Shown: one piece after another, positions 1 to 9,624 of the stretch
Numbering within the stretch: the stretch's first letter is position 1
Layout: the number at the start of each line of letters is the position of its first letter
NCBI GenBank assembly: GCA_963811105.1
Contig: CAWEPZ010000009.1
Coordinates: 1-64,000, forward strand
From: Candidatus Bathyarchaeota archaeon
GTDB lineage: Archaea > Thermoproteota > Bathyarchaeia > Bathyarchaeales > Bathycorpusculaceae
Length of the DNA: 64,000 nt
Reading direction: 5' to 3'
Translations under genes and position numbers: made by a program
The notes under the pieces: model-generated
What the model was told of the DNA's origin: nothing
The model's database searches: none
Seen by the model: only the letters and a program-made list of their open reading frames with translations

Positions 1-191
1 CGTTCACTAAACTGAGACCTCCGATATGATCACCTGCTTAAGCTGGTCTGCCAGAAGAGAAAGTTGATGATTCTGGTATCTTACTTGGGTCCCAGCACGC
101 ATTGGGTTACCGCAGAAAATAGTGTGGTCAAAATCAACTGGTTCAAGAACACCATTAAGAAAAAAGAAAAACGAGGCTTATGGTGACATTT

Positions 192-560
192 CTACCTCGC
201 GATCAATCCTCCTATGAATCCGCCAATCGTTGAGGCAATTGCTCCAAAGATAGCAAGAATAATCGCTATTACTCCTATTGCCAAACCAGCCAAGCCTCCG
301 AAAAGTCCACCCAGGATTCCACCCGCGATTCCACCGACGACAGCAAGACCGAGAATTGCTAGGATTGCAATGATTATGCCGCCAAATATGCCTGCAAGAA
401 AACCTGCTAATGCTCCTCTCAACATTCCCCCGCGAGCTATTATGCCTGCCACAAACCCACCTATAAGTCCCCCTATTAAGTGCCCAATGCCCGGAAAGAG
501 AAAACCCAGAACCAATGTTATCAAGAAACCAACGAAAGCTCCAAGCCATAAACTACCCAT
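192..560 (-). CDS. Gly/Ala-rich small membrane protein (DUF5518-like)
   Basis: 122 aa hydrophobic ORF with repeated GGxxGG motifs; SD-like GGAGGTGA just upstream on the minus strand. Confidence 0.7.
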   Translation of the reverse strand: MGSLWLGAFVGFLITLVLGFLFPGIGHLIGGLIGGFVAGIIARGGMLRGALAGFLAGIFGGIIIAILAILGLAVVGGIAGGILGGLFGGLAGLAIGVIAIILAIFGAIASTIGGFIGGLIAR

Positions 561-939
561 AAAATCACCTCCAATTTTTCAAACACACAGAAATCACTCA
601 CTTCCTCCTTATCGGTAAGTCGCTATTACTGACTTAAATATGTGTGACTGTGACCAGACAATAACAAGAAAAGCGGTCACAAGAACTAAAGTTAGCTATT
701 CAAAAATCTTAGATTATGCAACTTCACTTCAAGAAAAGCTAACTTAACAGCTGAAAAGCTAAGCAATAAAAAAAAGAAGACGCTTATATTTTGAATTAAC
801 CATATTTTTTATGGAATAGATTTTTGATAAACTTAAAGATGGCATTTCGGGTCATATGTTGGATTAAAACTTGGAGTTGAGGTTGTTTTACTTGAAGCGA
901 CGAAGAAATATTATTAATAAGATTTAATTCTTGAGATGA

Positions 940-993
940 AATGCTAAAGAAGTAGCTAAATCCTGTCCTTTATCTGCCATAACAGCAATATAA
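940..993 (+). pseudogene. Ferredoxin C-terminal remnant
   Basis: Translates NAKEVAKSCPLSAITAI*, resembling DAQEAAKNCPVSAITV of the ferredoxin at 6083-6313; in-frame stop immediately upstream and no start. Confidence 0.5.
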
Positions 994-1105
994 AAATAAT
1001 CCATTGCTTCAGAAAGTTTAGAAATATGCTAAGTAATTATTAGATTTAGCAATGTGTTAAATTCGTTCTTCACATTAGAAATTCGGTGGTTTTTTCTTTA
1101 TGCGA

Positions 1106-1429
1106 TTAACTATCCTGCCCCTCGATGTCCTCGCCTAAAAGTTTATCCAGCAACGACCTCAAAGTAAATGTTGTATTTTCAAAACTGGAATAGGGCTTTG
1201 TTTGAGTTAAATCGGCAGTTTTATTGGAGATTTTTGGTTTTGTTTCTTTCTGTCCTTCTCGTAAGAGCATTTTTGCTTCATCATTTGTGATTCCGAAAGG
1301 AAGTTCATATTTGTGAAAACTTTCAACATGTAACTTTACCTTTGAAATTGCGTAATCCATAATGCCAAACAATTCAAAATGGTATCCACAGGGACATTGA
1401 AATTCTAGCTTTCTCCGCAAACCCCTCAC
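1106..1429 (-). CDS. Small putative Zn-binding protein (DUF1059-like N-terminus)
   Basis: FQCPCGYHF...VKLHVESFH gives a CxC...HxxxxH pattern. Confidence 0.5.
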   Translation of the reverse strand: MRGLRRKLEFQCPCGYHFELFGIMDYAISKVKLHVESFHKYELPFGITNDEAKMLLREGQKETKPKISNKTADLTQTKPYSSFENTTFTLRSLLDKLLGEDIEGQDS

Positions 1430-1937
1430 CTAAAGCGACACTTAATGATCTACGTAAATCAACATAAGATATTAACTTCTGTGATTGCTTCAGCACTATT
1501 ACAATTATTAATACTTCCTAAACCTGGAATCTTTAAAATTTTCTTGTCTATAACCTTTTTGAAAATAAAGAATTATTTTGACTTTACAAGTTCTTATTAC
1601 TGTCAAAGTGATGATTATCCATGAAATCCAAAAACGGGTGTCTATTCGAAACGAACATTAATGCGAATCGTAATAATTACATTAACGTTTTTTGAAAGAC
1701 GAGGACGATAAACAATTCAAGTCAATCAGGCATAGTTATTCTTGTGGCTACTGACTTTTACTCTGTTCTTTTTAGTTCATTAGGATTTTGGACTTGGTTA
1801 GTAGCAGATGCATCCGGTAGTGTACTTCAGTTTTCATTAATAACCTATTTTAATAAAAAGAATAACGGCAAAATGTTCGATGAAGAAAAAATTAATTAGT
1901 GTAAATTCAAAGATATCATTTGATTGAGGTATTAATA

Positions 1938-2292
1938 ATGAAAAAAACGATTTTTCCATCATTGGCAGAACTTTTATAGCCGACTTTGGCGAGATAAGCC
2001 TTCACATTGTTATATGAGAACGACAAAAACCGATCTTAACCGCCATTAGAGGCCCAGAGGTCCTGGAAGAATTTAGAGCTTGATTGTAAAAATCTTTGAG
2101 TTGATACCCAAGTATTTCATGGTTAACTGGCAGGAAGAAAACAAGCTAACAGTCACGGACATAGAGGATAATGAAAACGGAATTGTTTATGACAACATGA
2201 CTACGCCAAATAATAATTTCGTCTCTGCGAAAGGAACTTTGCAAGAAAAAACAAGAGAAGAAAGTCAACCCAATGCTTTACTAAAGCTCTAA
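1938..2292 (+). pseudogene. Frameshifted paralogue of the MoaF-like beta-barrel gene at 5395-5733
   Basis: C-terminal FMVNWQEENKLTVTDIEDNENG nearly identical to 5395-5733; the upstream part (IIGRTFIADFGE/AFTLLYEN/GPEV) is broken by indels and stops. Confidence 0.8.
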
Positions 2293-2333
2293 AATCTGTT
2301 AAGCTTTTTATTTTAGCATCAACAATTCTTTAT

Positions 2334-3242
2334 TTGGTCTTGCTTTTGAATCTCGGCAGCCACATTTTCTTTGCTGGTGTCGTCACCGCAGTCTTGACAG
2401 GGAATCCTTATTTCGCTCTCTTAGCTGGCATAGGTAGCTTCATTCCCGACCTTGACAGAGAATACATTTTTGTAAGCTCTGTGACTTTTCGAGAAGAACA
2501 GTTTCATCGCGCGCTTTTCCATAATCTTCTCTTTCTGTCGGGACTGTTTTTAGTCAATGTCTGGCTTGCATTTGGCGCATTCTTACACAGTTTTCTAGAT
2601 TCTTTCACAACAGAAAAAGACAGGGGCGTAGAGTGGCTCTTTCCATTTTCAAGATTAGTTAAGCGAGGTCGCTTCGCTTTAGCAGCAAAGTCGAAGGAAG
2701 GCGCATGCAATCTGGAATTAGTGGACATGAAGCCGCCTGATCGAGTGGTTTTTATAAATGAAGATTCTCCTGAAGCTACCAAGCTTTCCGATCCTGATTT
2801 AAAAGAGTATAAGGCTGTTCCTTGGCGTAGGACCTATGGACCTGCATCGAATGGGCAACTTCTTGATAAATGGTTAGCGTTTGCATCTTTTTCATTGTTT
2901 GGGGTTTACGCTTTGGTCAACCCTGATTTTGCTTTAGCTGGCAAGAATCTTCTTTTTTCCACCCAAATTATTCCACCTATGAGTCTTCTGACTGGATTAG
3001 TGTTGTTTTTTCTAGGAGGCTGGGTTAAAAAGAACAAGAGAAACAGAAAACTCTATCTTACATTCTTTATTGTCGGCGTTTTTTTCATTGTGTTATCGGC
3101 TGCACTGTCAATTAATGGAGTTTTGACTTACATGTTTCCGTTAAATCCCACTTTTATTCTAGGTTCAAGTGTGGTTTTATTTTTTGAAGCGCTTCTCGTG
3201 TGGCAACTTAGTACCCGGAAAGGCAGAAAAGCAACAGTTTAA
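2334..3242 (+). CDS. Membrane-bound metal-dependent hydrolase (YdjM/DUF457-like)
   Basis: H...GSFIPDLD...HRALFHN...HSFLDSFT...GVEWLFPF motifs; TM helices. Confidence 0.8.
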   Translation: MVLLLNLGSHIFFAGVVTAVLTGNPYFALLAGIGSFIPDLDREYIFVSSVTFREEQFHRALFHNLLFLSGLFLVNVWLAFGAFLHSFLDSFTTEKDRGVEWLFPFSRLVKRGRFALAAKSKEGACNLELVDMKPPDRVVFINEDSPEATKLSDPDLKEYKAVPWRRTYGPASNGQLLDKWLAFASFSLFGVYALVNPDFALAGKNLLFSTQIIPPMSLLTGLVLFFLGGWVKKNKRNRKLYLTFFIVGVFFIVLSAALSINGVLTYMFPLNPTFILGSSVVLFFEALLVWQLSTRKGRKATV

Positions 3243-3405
3243 TGCCACAAAATGAACTAAAACTAGTCCTGACCGAAAACCAATAATCGTTACCATTCAA
3301 AGTGTTCTCGCAAAAAGGGAAAATGCAAAGACTATCCGAATATGACGAAGATTAATTGACCAAGAAAATGGCTTATAACTATTAAGAATGGCAATTCCTA
3401 GTTAG

Positions 3406-3546
3406 ATGACAACTTCCTTTGGGAAGCGTGGTGAACTAAAAAGTGGCAGAAGCGGAAAAACCGTAAAAAGTAAAGAACAGGCAGTTGCAATTGGGCTTTC
3501 TGAAGCTCGAAAGAAAGGAGCTAAAGTTCCACCAAAGGAAAATTAG
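3406..3546 (+). CDS. 46-aa basic microprotein, DUF6496-like (not in ORF track)
   Basis: MTTSFGKRGELKSGRSGKTVKSKEQAVAIGLSEARKKGAKVPPKEN. Confidence 0.75.
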   Translation: MTTSFGKRGELKSGRSGKTVKSKEQAVAIGLSEARKKGAKVPPKEN

Positions 3547-3644
3547 CCTTTCAATCCAATGAAAAGGCATCAATTGTTGTAGCAAAGACACAGTAACATA
3601 CACTAAAAGCCTAGCTTTCTAATCCTATTAGAGGTGAGTTCTTT

Positions 3645-3872
3645 ATGGAAAATGAGCCTAAGCAAAAAGGAAATTTGAGCAACAACACCTATGATTTGAT
3701 GTCCCAACTTCTGGAGGAAAATCAGAGTCTTTGGCGAATAAAAAACAGCTACAAGAATGATGCCAAAGGAGATTCTGAAGCAGAAGAGTTTTGGGCGGAA
3801 TTAGAAAAAGACAAGGAAGCACACATTAAACGGTTAACCGAACTATTAGTAAACCGGATTTCCCCCAAATAA
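3645..3872 (+). CDS. Small helical ferritin-like/hypothetical protein
   Basis: 75 aa, NNTYDLMSQLLEENQSLWRI...YKNDA...EKDKEAHIKRL; SD GAGGTGA upstream. Confidence 0.7.
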   Translation: MENEPKQKGNLSNNTYDLMSQLLEENQSLWRIKNSYKNDAKGDSEAEEFWAELEKDKEAHIKRLTELLVNRISPK

Positions 3873-3892
3873 TTAGATTGAGTTGATTTTTG

Positions 3893-4057
3893 ATGCCTGT
3901 ACCCAATCCTAAAGCTGGCGAATCAGAACAAGAATATATCTCTCGATGCGAAAAATTCATGCATGAAGAAAACGAAAATAAACCTGAAGGCGAAAAACGT
4001 TCAAATGAGCAGATGAGCGCTATTTGCTATTCAACTTGGCGAAAAAACAAAGGCTAA
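3893..4057 (+). CDS. 54-aa microprotein (not in ORF track)
   Basis: MPVPNPKAGESEQEYISRCEKFMHEENENKPEGEKRSNEQMSAICYSTWRKNKG; closely spaced between co-oriented genes. Confidence 0.7.
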   Translation: MPVPNPKAGESEQEYISRCEKFMHEENENKPEGEKRSNEQMSAICYSTWRKNKG

Positions 4058-4100
4058 ATTTAAAGCATCCAAACAAAGTTTTTAGTTTTACCAATTTCTG

Positions 4101-4631
4101 GTGAAAAAGTTGAAGTTGAAGAAAATATTAATTCTATTAGAAAAGGGCGTTGAGGATTCAGAATTTATCTATCCATACTACCGATTTCAAGAAGAAGGCT
4201 TCAAGATGGATATTGTTGCGCCGCAAGCAAAAAAAGAGTATGTCGGCAAGCGAGGTGTCCCTTTCACATCAGAGTTTTCACCCAGCGACGTAGATGTTAA
4301 TGATTACGATGCAGTAATTATTCCTGGTGGTCAAGCACCTGACCGTATGCGGATTCATCCAGATCTAGTGCAACTGGTAAAGGAAGCAAATAGTAAAGGC
4401 AAAGTTATTGCTGCAGTTTGCCATGGCCCTCAAATGCTCATAGAGGCGGATATTGTTCGCGGAAAGACAGTCACAAGCTGGCCTTCAGTTAGAACGGATC
4501 TTAAAAATGCCGGCGCAAATGTTGTAGATGAAGCTTCTGTGGTGGACGGAAATATTGTGACTTCGCGTTCTCCGGATGACTTGCCAGATTTTTGCAAAGC
4601 AACCATAAAGCTCCTATCTGCAAAACGTTAA
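4101..4631 (+). CDS. pfpI: PfpI/DJ-1 family protein (type 1 glutamine amidotransferase-like)
   Basis: GVEDSEFIYPY, IIPGGQAPD, AVCHGPQML nucleophile elbow, VVDGNIVTSRSPDDLP. Confidence 0.92.
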   Translation: MKKLKLKKILILLEKGVEDSEFIYPYYRFQEEGFKMDIVAPQAKKEYVGKRGVPFTSEFSPSDVDVNDYDAVIIPGGQAPDRMRIHPDLVQLVKEANSKGKVIAAVCHGPQMLIEADIVRGKTVTSWPSVRTDLKNAGANVVDEASVVDGNIVTSRSPDDLPDFCKATIKLLSAKR

Positions 4632-4711
4632 GACCAAATTCTTTTTATGAGTAGAAAATACTATTGTCATTAGCGATATTTTTGTTAAATAAAGTAAGTT
4701 AGTGATGTTTT

Positions 4712-5206
4712 ATGGTGAACAAAACTAAAATTATTGCTGAGCCTGGAAAACAGGAAATCTTTATCGTTAGAGAACTTGATGCTCCCAGAGAACTCGTGTT
4801 CAAGGCATTTATTGACCCAGCGCTCTATTCGCAGTGGCTGGGGCCAAGAAGACTAACAACAAAATTTGAAAAGCTCGAAGCAAAAAATGGTGGAAGTTAC
4901 CGATTTATTAATGAAGATGAAAAGGGCAATAAATTCGCATTCCATGGAGTCTACCATGAAGTTCTCGCGCCAGAACGAATTATTGGCACTTTTGAATTTG
5001 AAGGTTTGCCAGAAAAAGGGCACGTAAGTTTAGAAATTACGAAATTTGAAGAGTTACCGGGAGGAAGGACCAAGTTGACTAGTCAAGACGTTTTTATGTC
5101 AGTTGCCGACCGGGATGGAATGATTCAAAGCGGTATGGAAGAAGGAGTCAATGATTCTTATGACCGACTTGAAGAGCTCTTGGCGACAATGAAATCTAAA
5201 TCTTAG
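4712..5206 (+). CDS. SRPBCC/AHSA1 family protein
   Basis: [14 protein letters not shown]...QWLGP...GGSYRF...HGVYHEV.APERII.TFEFEG...GMEEG. Confidence 0.9.
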   Translation: MVNKTKIIAEPGKQEIFIVRELDAPRELVFKAFIDPALYSQWLGPRRLTTKFEKLEAKNGGSYRFINEDEKGNKFAFHGVYHEVLAPERIIGTFEFEGLPEKGHVSLEITKFEELPGGRTKLTSQDVFMSVADRDGMIQSGMEEGVNDSYDRLEELLATMKSKS

Positions 5207-5218
5207 GGAGTTGGCTTC

Positions 5219-5356
5219 ATGATTGTTAAGCGTGAAGATGGATATTATGTTATATCTGAAAAAACAGAAAAGAATTTAGGCGGTCCATACAAAACTCGGG
5301 AAGAAGCTGAAAAGAGGCTTCGGCAAGTGGAATACTTTAAGCATAAAGGAAGCTGA
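5219..5356 (+). CDS. 45-aa microprotein (not in ORF track)
   Basis: MIVKREDGYYVISEKTEKNLGGPYKTREEAEKRLRQVEYFKHKGS; GGGAG upstream. Confidence 0.75.
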   Translation: MIVKREDGYYVISEKTEKNLGGPYKTREEAEKRLRQVEYFKHKGS

Positions 5357-5394
5357 TTTCTTTAAAAATTGAACCTTGAAACTTTCTAAACAAT

Positions 5395-5733
5395 TTGGAA
5401 GTGCAACTTTTGAACAGTACAAATAATAATTTATCAATAATCGGTAGATTATTTGAGGCTGATTTTGGGGAGAAAGCATTCACTTTGTTCTATGAAAATG
5501 CCAATAAATTAATCTTAACTGAAGTTAAAGGCCCAGAAGTTGGAAGAATCCAAAAGTTGACGGTAAATATTGTTGAGTTGAGATCTAATCTTTTCATGGT
5601 TAATTGGCAAGAAGAAAACAAACTGACAGTTACCGACTTAGAGGATTATGAAAAAGGCGTTGTATACGCCAACATGACGACACCAAGTGACAATTTTGTT
5701 TCAATTAAAGGAACCTTGAGAGAAATTAAATAA
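5395..5733 (+). CDS. MoaF N-terminal/calycin-like beta-barrel protein
   Basis: LFMVNWQEENKLTVTDLEDYEKGVVYANMT signature. Confidence 0.7.
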   Translation: MEVQLLNSTNNNLSIIGRLFEADFGEKAFTLFYENANKLILTEVKGPEVGRIQKLTVNIVELRSNLFMVNWQEENKLTVTDLEDYEKGVVYANMTTPSDNFVSIKGTLREIK

Positions 5734-5762
5734 CGATTTTTTGATTTGTTGCTTTTATGTTT

Positions 5763-5987
5763 TCATTTTTCCACTCTTACCGTTCCTTTTGGCTGACCCG
5801 ATTTGTATGAATACCAGCCATACACGAACACGAAGAGCGCTACAATCAATATTCCTATCCCTAATAGGACATTATAGCTTGTTAAAATGAAATTAAAGAA
5901 TCCTAACAGGACTGCAAAACCTAAAATTGCTAATAGAACTGCTAAAATTTCGAGTATTATGCCGCCAATGAACCTTCCAAAACCCAA
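5763..5987 (-). CDS. Small two-TM membrane protein
   Basis: 74 aa hydrophobic ORF; GGTGA SD upstream. Confidence 0.7.
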   Translation of the reverse strand: MGFGRFIGGIILEILAVLLAILGFAVLLGFFNFILTSYNVLLGIGILIVALFVFVYGWYSYKSGQPKGTVRVEK

Positions 5988-6082
5988 ACCTTATCACCGC
6001 CAACTCTAGCTATTTACCGCTTTTGAATTGTTTGCTGTCTTTTCGTACTTTAGTCTTTAAATATCCTTCTTATGAAATTGAG

Positions 6083-6313
6083 TTATTGCTGTGTTACAGT
6101 TATGGCTGATACTGGGCAATTTTTGGCTGCTTCTTGTGCATCAGCTATTTGGTTATCGTCAAATATGTTTGAGGATTTTGATTCGTCTGTTTGTCCGCCA
6201 ATAATGTTTGATTGCTGTTTTTTACCGGATTGAAAATGCAGCTTGTCACTGGCATAACAGGCTCCTGTTGAAACACATGTTTTGAGGTCAACTTCAACTT
6301 TATACTTAACCAT
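6083..6313 (-). CDS. Single-cluster ferredoxin, probably [3Fe-4S]
   Basis: CVSTGAC (second Cys replaced by Thr) ... AAKNCPVSAI. Confidence 0.85.
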   Translation of the reverse strand: MVKYKVEVDLKTCVSTGACYASDKLHFQSGKKQQSNIIGGQTDESKSSNIFDDNQIADAQEAAKNCPVSAITVTQQ

Positions 6314-6364
6314 TAAATTATAGCACCTCCGTAACTATATTTTCCTAGTTTGATTGGTATTGTT

Positions 6365-6709
6365 TTAGGTGTATTCTCTAAAAGTGTAGCTACAGTTTGT
6401 GCATCTTAGGAATTGGGTGGATGATTCATCTGCACCTCTTGTTTGCACCTGCCACGCGTAAGCGATGTTGTTTCCACATCTTAAGCATGTGATTTTTATG
6501 GTTGGGAGAGTGCTTAGCTGTTTTTCTTTGTCTATTACTGAGACCATTTGTTTGGGATTATGTGTTATGATTTTGCTGTTGATTTTGGTTTCATTTGGCT
6601 GGTTTGTTTTTTCTCCGCACTTGTTGCATGCAAGTACTAGCATTGTTTGTTTTCCTGACCTGATCTTTTTTGGTTCAAGGCGGGAACCGCATTCTTTACA
6701 AAAATCCAT
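6365..6709 (-). CDS. tfs: Transcription factor S (TFS/RpoM family)
   Basis: MDFCKECG...CNKCG and CLRCGN...QTRGADESSTQFLRCTNC zinc ribbons with the DE catalytic pair. Confidence 0.92.
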   Translation of the reverse strand: MDFCKECGSRLEPKKIRSGKQTMLVLACNKCGEKTNQPNETKINSKIITHNPKQMVSVIDKEKQLSTLPTIKITCLRCGNNIAYAWQVQTRGADESSTQFLRCTNCSYTFREYT

Positions 6710-6854
6710 TCAACCAACTCCTCCTTTGCTGTGTTATATTCGTTGATTCATGAATAAAGATCATAGACAAATAAGAAAAAATGTGATAGTTGTTGTACAA
6801 CAACACAGCCTTAAGTACCTCAAGAGAGTTGATGCAAACAAAGAGGAATTAAAT

Positions 6855-7091
6855 ATGGTTTCTGCAGTTGTTTTAGTAAATACCGAATTAGGGTCATCTC
6901 AAGATAGATTAATAGAAAGTCTAAGAAATATTGAGGGCGTTGAAGAAGCACATGCCTTATACGGAGTATATGACCTTATAATCAAAATCAAAGCCCTAAC
7001 TCTCGATAAACTAAAGGAAATAATAAAACTGCACATAAGACAGACAGCCGGCGTAATCAGTTCACTGACACTTATGATAATTGATCACTAA
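6855..7091 (+). CDS. Stand-alone Lrp/AsnC ligand-binding (RAM) domain
   Basis: MVSAVVLVNTE...GVEEAHALYGVYDLIIKI...GVISSLTL; ATG 6855 preferred over the track start 6750. Confidence 0.85.
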   Translation: MVSAVVLVNTELGSSQDRLIESLRNIEGVEEAHALYGVYDLIIKIKALTLDKLKEIIKLHIRQTAGVISSLTLMIIDH

Positions 7092-7352
7092 GAAAAAAGC
7101 ATTTCTTTTTTCAAATTTCTCAACTATAGGACCAGGAAAGATGGACTTTTTTTGCAGAAGCATCCCAACAAGCTTAATGAGCTTAGCTAACTTGGCTGAA
7201 TCGGCGGTCTTTCCCGAAATAATATAGTCAGATGTTTTTCCGAAAGGTTGATGTCGGCTAACGGCAAACTCCTCTTGAATCGAGGATGTTTATTGCTGAT
7301 GAATGTTTCTTTAAGCTTGCAAATTTGCTTTTTGTTTAGACTTTCAAGCCGT

Positions 7353-7815
7353 TTCAATTGGCAAAACTAACTTATCAAGGGTAGTTGTTGATGGCGTGTT
7401 TTTTTCACCTCATCATCATCTTCTAAGCCTAAGCTTCGTCTGCAGGATTCAATTGGCAAAACTAACTTATCAAGGGTAGTTGTTGATGGCGTGTTTTTTT
7501 CACCTCATCATCATCTTCTAAGCCTAAGCTTCGTCTGCAGGATTCAATTGGCAAAACTAACTTATCAAGGGTAGTTGTTGATGGCGTGTTTTTTTCACCT
7601 CATCATCATCTTCTAAGCCTAAGCTTCGTCTGCAGGATTCAATTGGCAAAACTAACTTATCAAGGGTAGTTGTTGATGGCGTGTTTTTTTCACCTCATCA
7701 TCATCTTCTAAGCCTAAGCTTCGTCTGCAGGATTCAATTGGCAAAACTAACTTATCAAGGGTAGATGTTGATGGCGTGTTTTTTTCACTCCCATCAACAA
7801 CTACTAAGCCTAAGC
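7353..7815. repeat. 95-bp tandem repeat: four identical copies plus a divergent fifth
   Basis: CAATTGGCAAAACTAAC recurs at 7355, 7450, 7545, 7640 and 7735. Confidence 0.97.
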
Positions 7816-7949
7816 GCGAGTGCTTTCATTTGTACAGAGGTAAGGCTTTTGCCCAGGACCTTTGCAATAGAACGCATAGACTTCTTTTCTGTTAACAGTT
7901 GCCGAAGTTGCCGTTCATCCTCAACGGTCCAAGGTTTGCCCCTGGCCAT
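7355..7949 (-). pseudogene. Myb/HTH-like DNA-binding gene, frameshifted and disrupted by the 95-bp repeat
   Basis: MARGKPWTVEDERQLRQLLTEKKSMRSIAKVLGKSLTSVQMKA, frameshift, then RLGLVVVDGSEKNTPSTSTLDKLVLPIE running into the repeats. Confidence 0.7.
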
Positions 7950-7974
7950 TAAGCTTGGTTCTACCTGTTAAGAA

Positions 7975-8669
7975 TCAATGTTTTTTCCCCACAAATAGCC
8001 CAATAATAATTCCAGTTAGGCCTGTGATGGCTGCGAAAACTTCACTTATCCAACTACCCAGAAAGCCATATGAGCAACCTCGAGAAATGATAGGCAAATG
8101 GCCATTGCAATCGCAAATTCCACGCCCAGAACTAAGCGTTCGTCCGGTAATTCAACTTCAGGTGTTGTGCGGCCACGGACTTGGCGGCGTCGCGTCACAG
8201 TACGTTTAATTAGATTTTCTGCCAAGGAAGCCTCGTCCTCATTCTCACCCTTTGCATTCGATGACATAAATATCCTGGGAGCATGCGGGTTTAGAAGATT
8301 GGATGAAATAATGCTCGAGCGAGGCTGTCCTGAATTGCTTTTGGCGAAGCTGTGAATCATGCAATCTGCAATTTCCCTGTTTACGTTTGCGGGAACTAGA
8401 ACTTTAACTCCGACTGTCCAGCCTACTGGGATAGAGGTGTAATCTAGGTCAAAGATTGTTTCTGTGAAGGAGAAACTGTTCTTGGCTAAAATGATGTGTT
8501 GAACACAGCCTGCTATTACTCCAAGAAAAATACCCCAGCTTTTCATCGGAACATCAACGGCACCACCGTTCATACTACTTCTTCCAGTGGATGCATCACA
8601 CCAATCAACTGCAATGAGATCCCCTGGCTTAACATAATCCAAGAGCCTAAAGTCTTCCTTTTTACTCAA
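7975..8669 (-). pseudogene. Provirus-like hypothetical gene(s), apparently fused, with a frameshifted small membrane-protein C-terminus
   Basis: Track ORF 8046-8669 ends EVAHMAFWVVG; the shifted frame continues LGSWISEVFAAITGLTGIIIGLFVGKKH* to 7975. Confidence 0.55.
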
Positions 8670-8940
8670 AAACAGCCAACCAAGTACACCACTCCTGTAG
8701 TATGCTAACTACTTTTATGTCTTAATATTGCATTAACGATACTAGCACTAATACACCAACAAAAAAAAGCCTATTAACTGAACGATTGATTAATAAATTT
8801 TAAATGTAGCTTGGTTAAAGAAATAAGCGTTGACCGATTTGCCTTACAAGTCAGGTAGTTGGGGACCAGAAGCGCAGCAACGAATTAGAAAGAAAGCGAG
8901 GCAAAAACTTAAACTGGAAATAATAAGCATTATCTAATGA

Positions 8941-9525
8941 TTGAAAATGTCAAAACAGATTTTCGTCTCTCATAGTAAATATGATGAGGAAATGGTTGCT
9001 TCTTTTGACAGGGTTTTTGCAAGAACTGGCGTTAAGTCTGTTTGCATGGAATTTGAAAAAATGAATTCGCCCGAATGGAAAGCTATTCGAGATGCAGTAT
9101 CTTTTTCAACAGCCACTTTTGTTTTACTTGGTCAAAATGTTAATCGCTCAATTTATACACAAAATTGGGTTGCTTTTGAAGTTGGATTAGCATGTGCAAT
9201 GGATAAAAAAGTTTGGGTATTCGAACAAACAAGTTCAAACGTAAATTTTCCAATTCCATATGTTACTGATTATATGCTTTACAATAGCCTTGAAAAGACC
9301 GATGCTTTTGATTACATTAGAAGAATAATTGAAGGTTATGGTGAAAGGACTTATTTTAATAAGGTAGGTGTTCCCATCGTAGAAATTCCCAAAGGACAAG
9401 CAATTAAATGCTCAGAATGTGACTCTCGCTTTAATTTTCATTACGTTCTTGATAGTAGTTCGAAACAGCGTTTTGCAAAATTTGTTTTGACATGTCCCTT
9501 GTGCCGTCAAAATATTAGCCTTTAG
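8941..9525 (+). CDS. TIR-domain protein (ThsB/TIR_2-like) with C-terminal Zn ribbon
   Basis: IFVSHSKYD start, TFVLLG, NWVAFEVGLA with putative catalytic Glu, then CSEC...CPLC. Confidence 0.8.
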   Translation: MKMSKQIFVSHSKYDEEMVASFDRVFARTGVKSVCMEFEKMNSPEWKAIRDAVSFSTATFVLLGQNVNRSIYTQNWVAFEVGLACAMDKKVWVFEQTSSNVNFPIPYVTDYMLYNSLEKTDAFDYIRRIIEGYGERTYFNKVGVPIVEIPKGQAIKCSECDSRFNFHYVLDSSSKQRFAKFVLTCPLCRQNISL

Positions 9526-9624
9526 TCATTATTTTTTGACTTTGGAAAAATTGGATTTTGATTGTTGGTTTCACTTTTCTTGCAGTGTTTCCTTTAGCAT
9601 TTTCATAAATCATAAAAGCTCTTC

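Noticed and set aside
937-939. TGA as selenocysteine in the ferredoxin remnant
   Set aside because: It does not align with a Cys position and the upstream frame is degraded.
7353-7815. CRISPR array
   Set aside because: Whole 95-bp units are identical with no unique spacers, no cas genes are nearby, and the unit derives from coding sequence.
8836-8880. tRNA-Val-like fragment (TGCCTTACAAG) as a possible att site
   Set aside because: No T-arm GTTCRA, acceptor stem or second copy; the match is too short.
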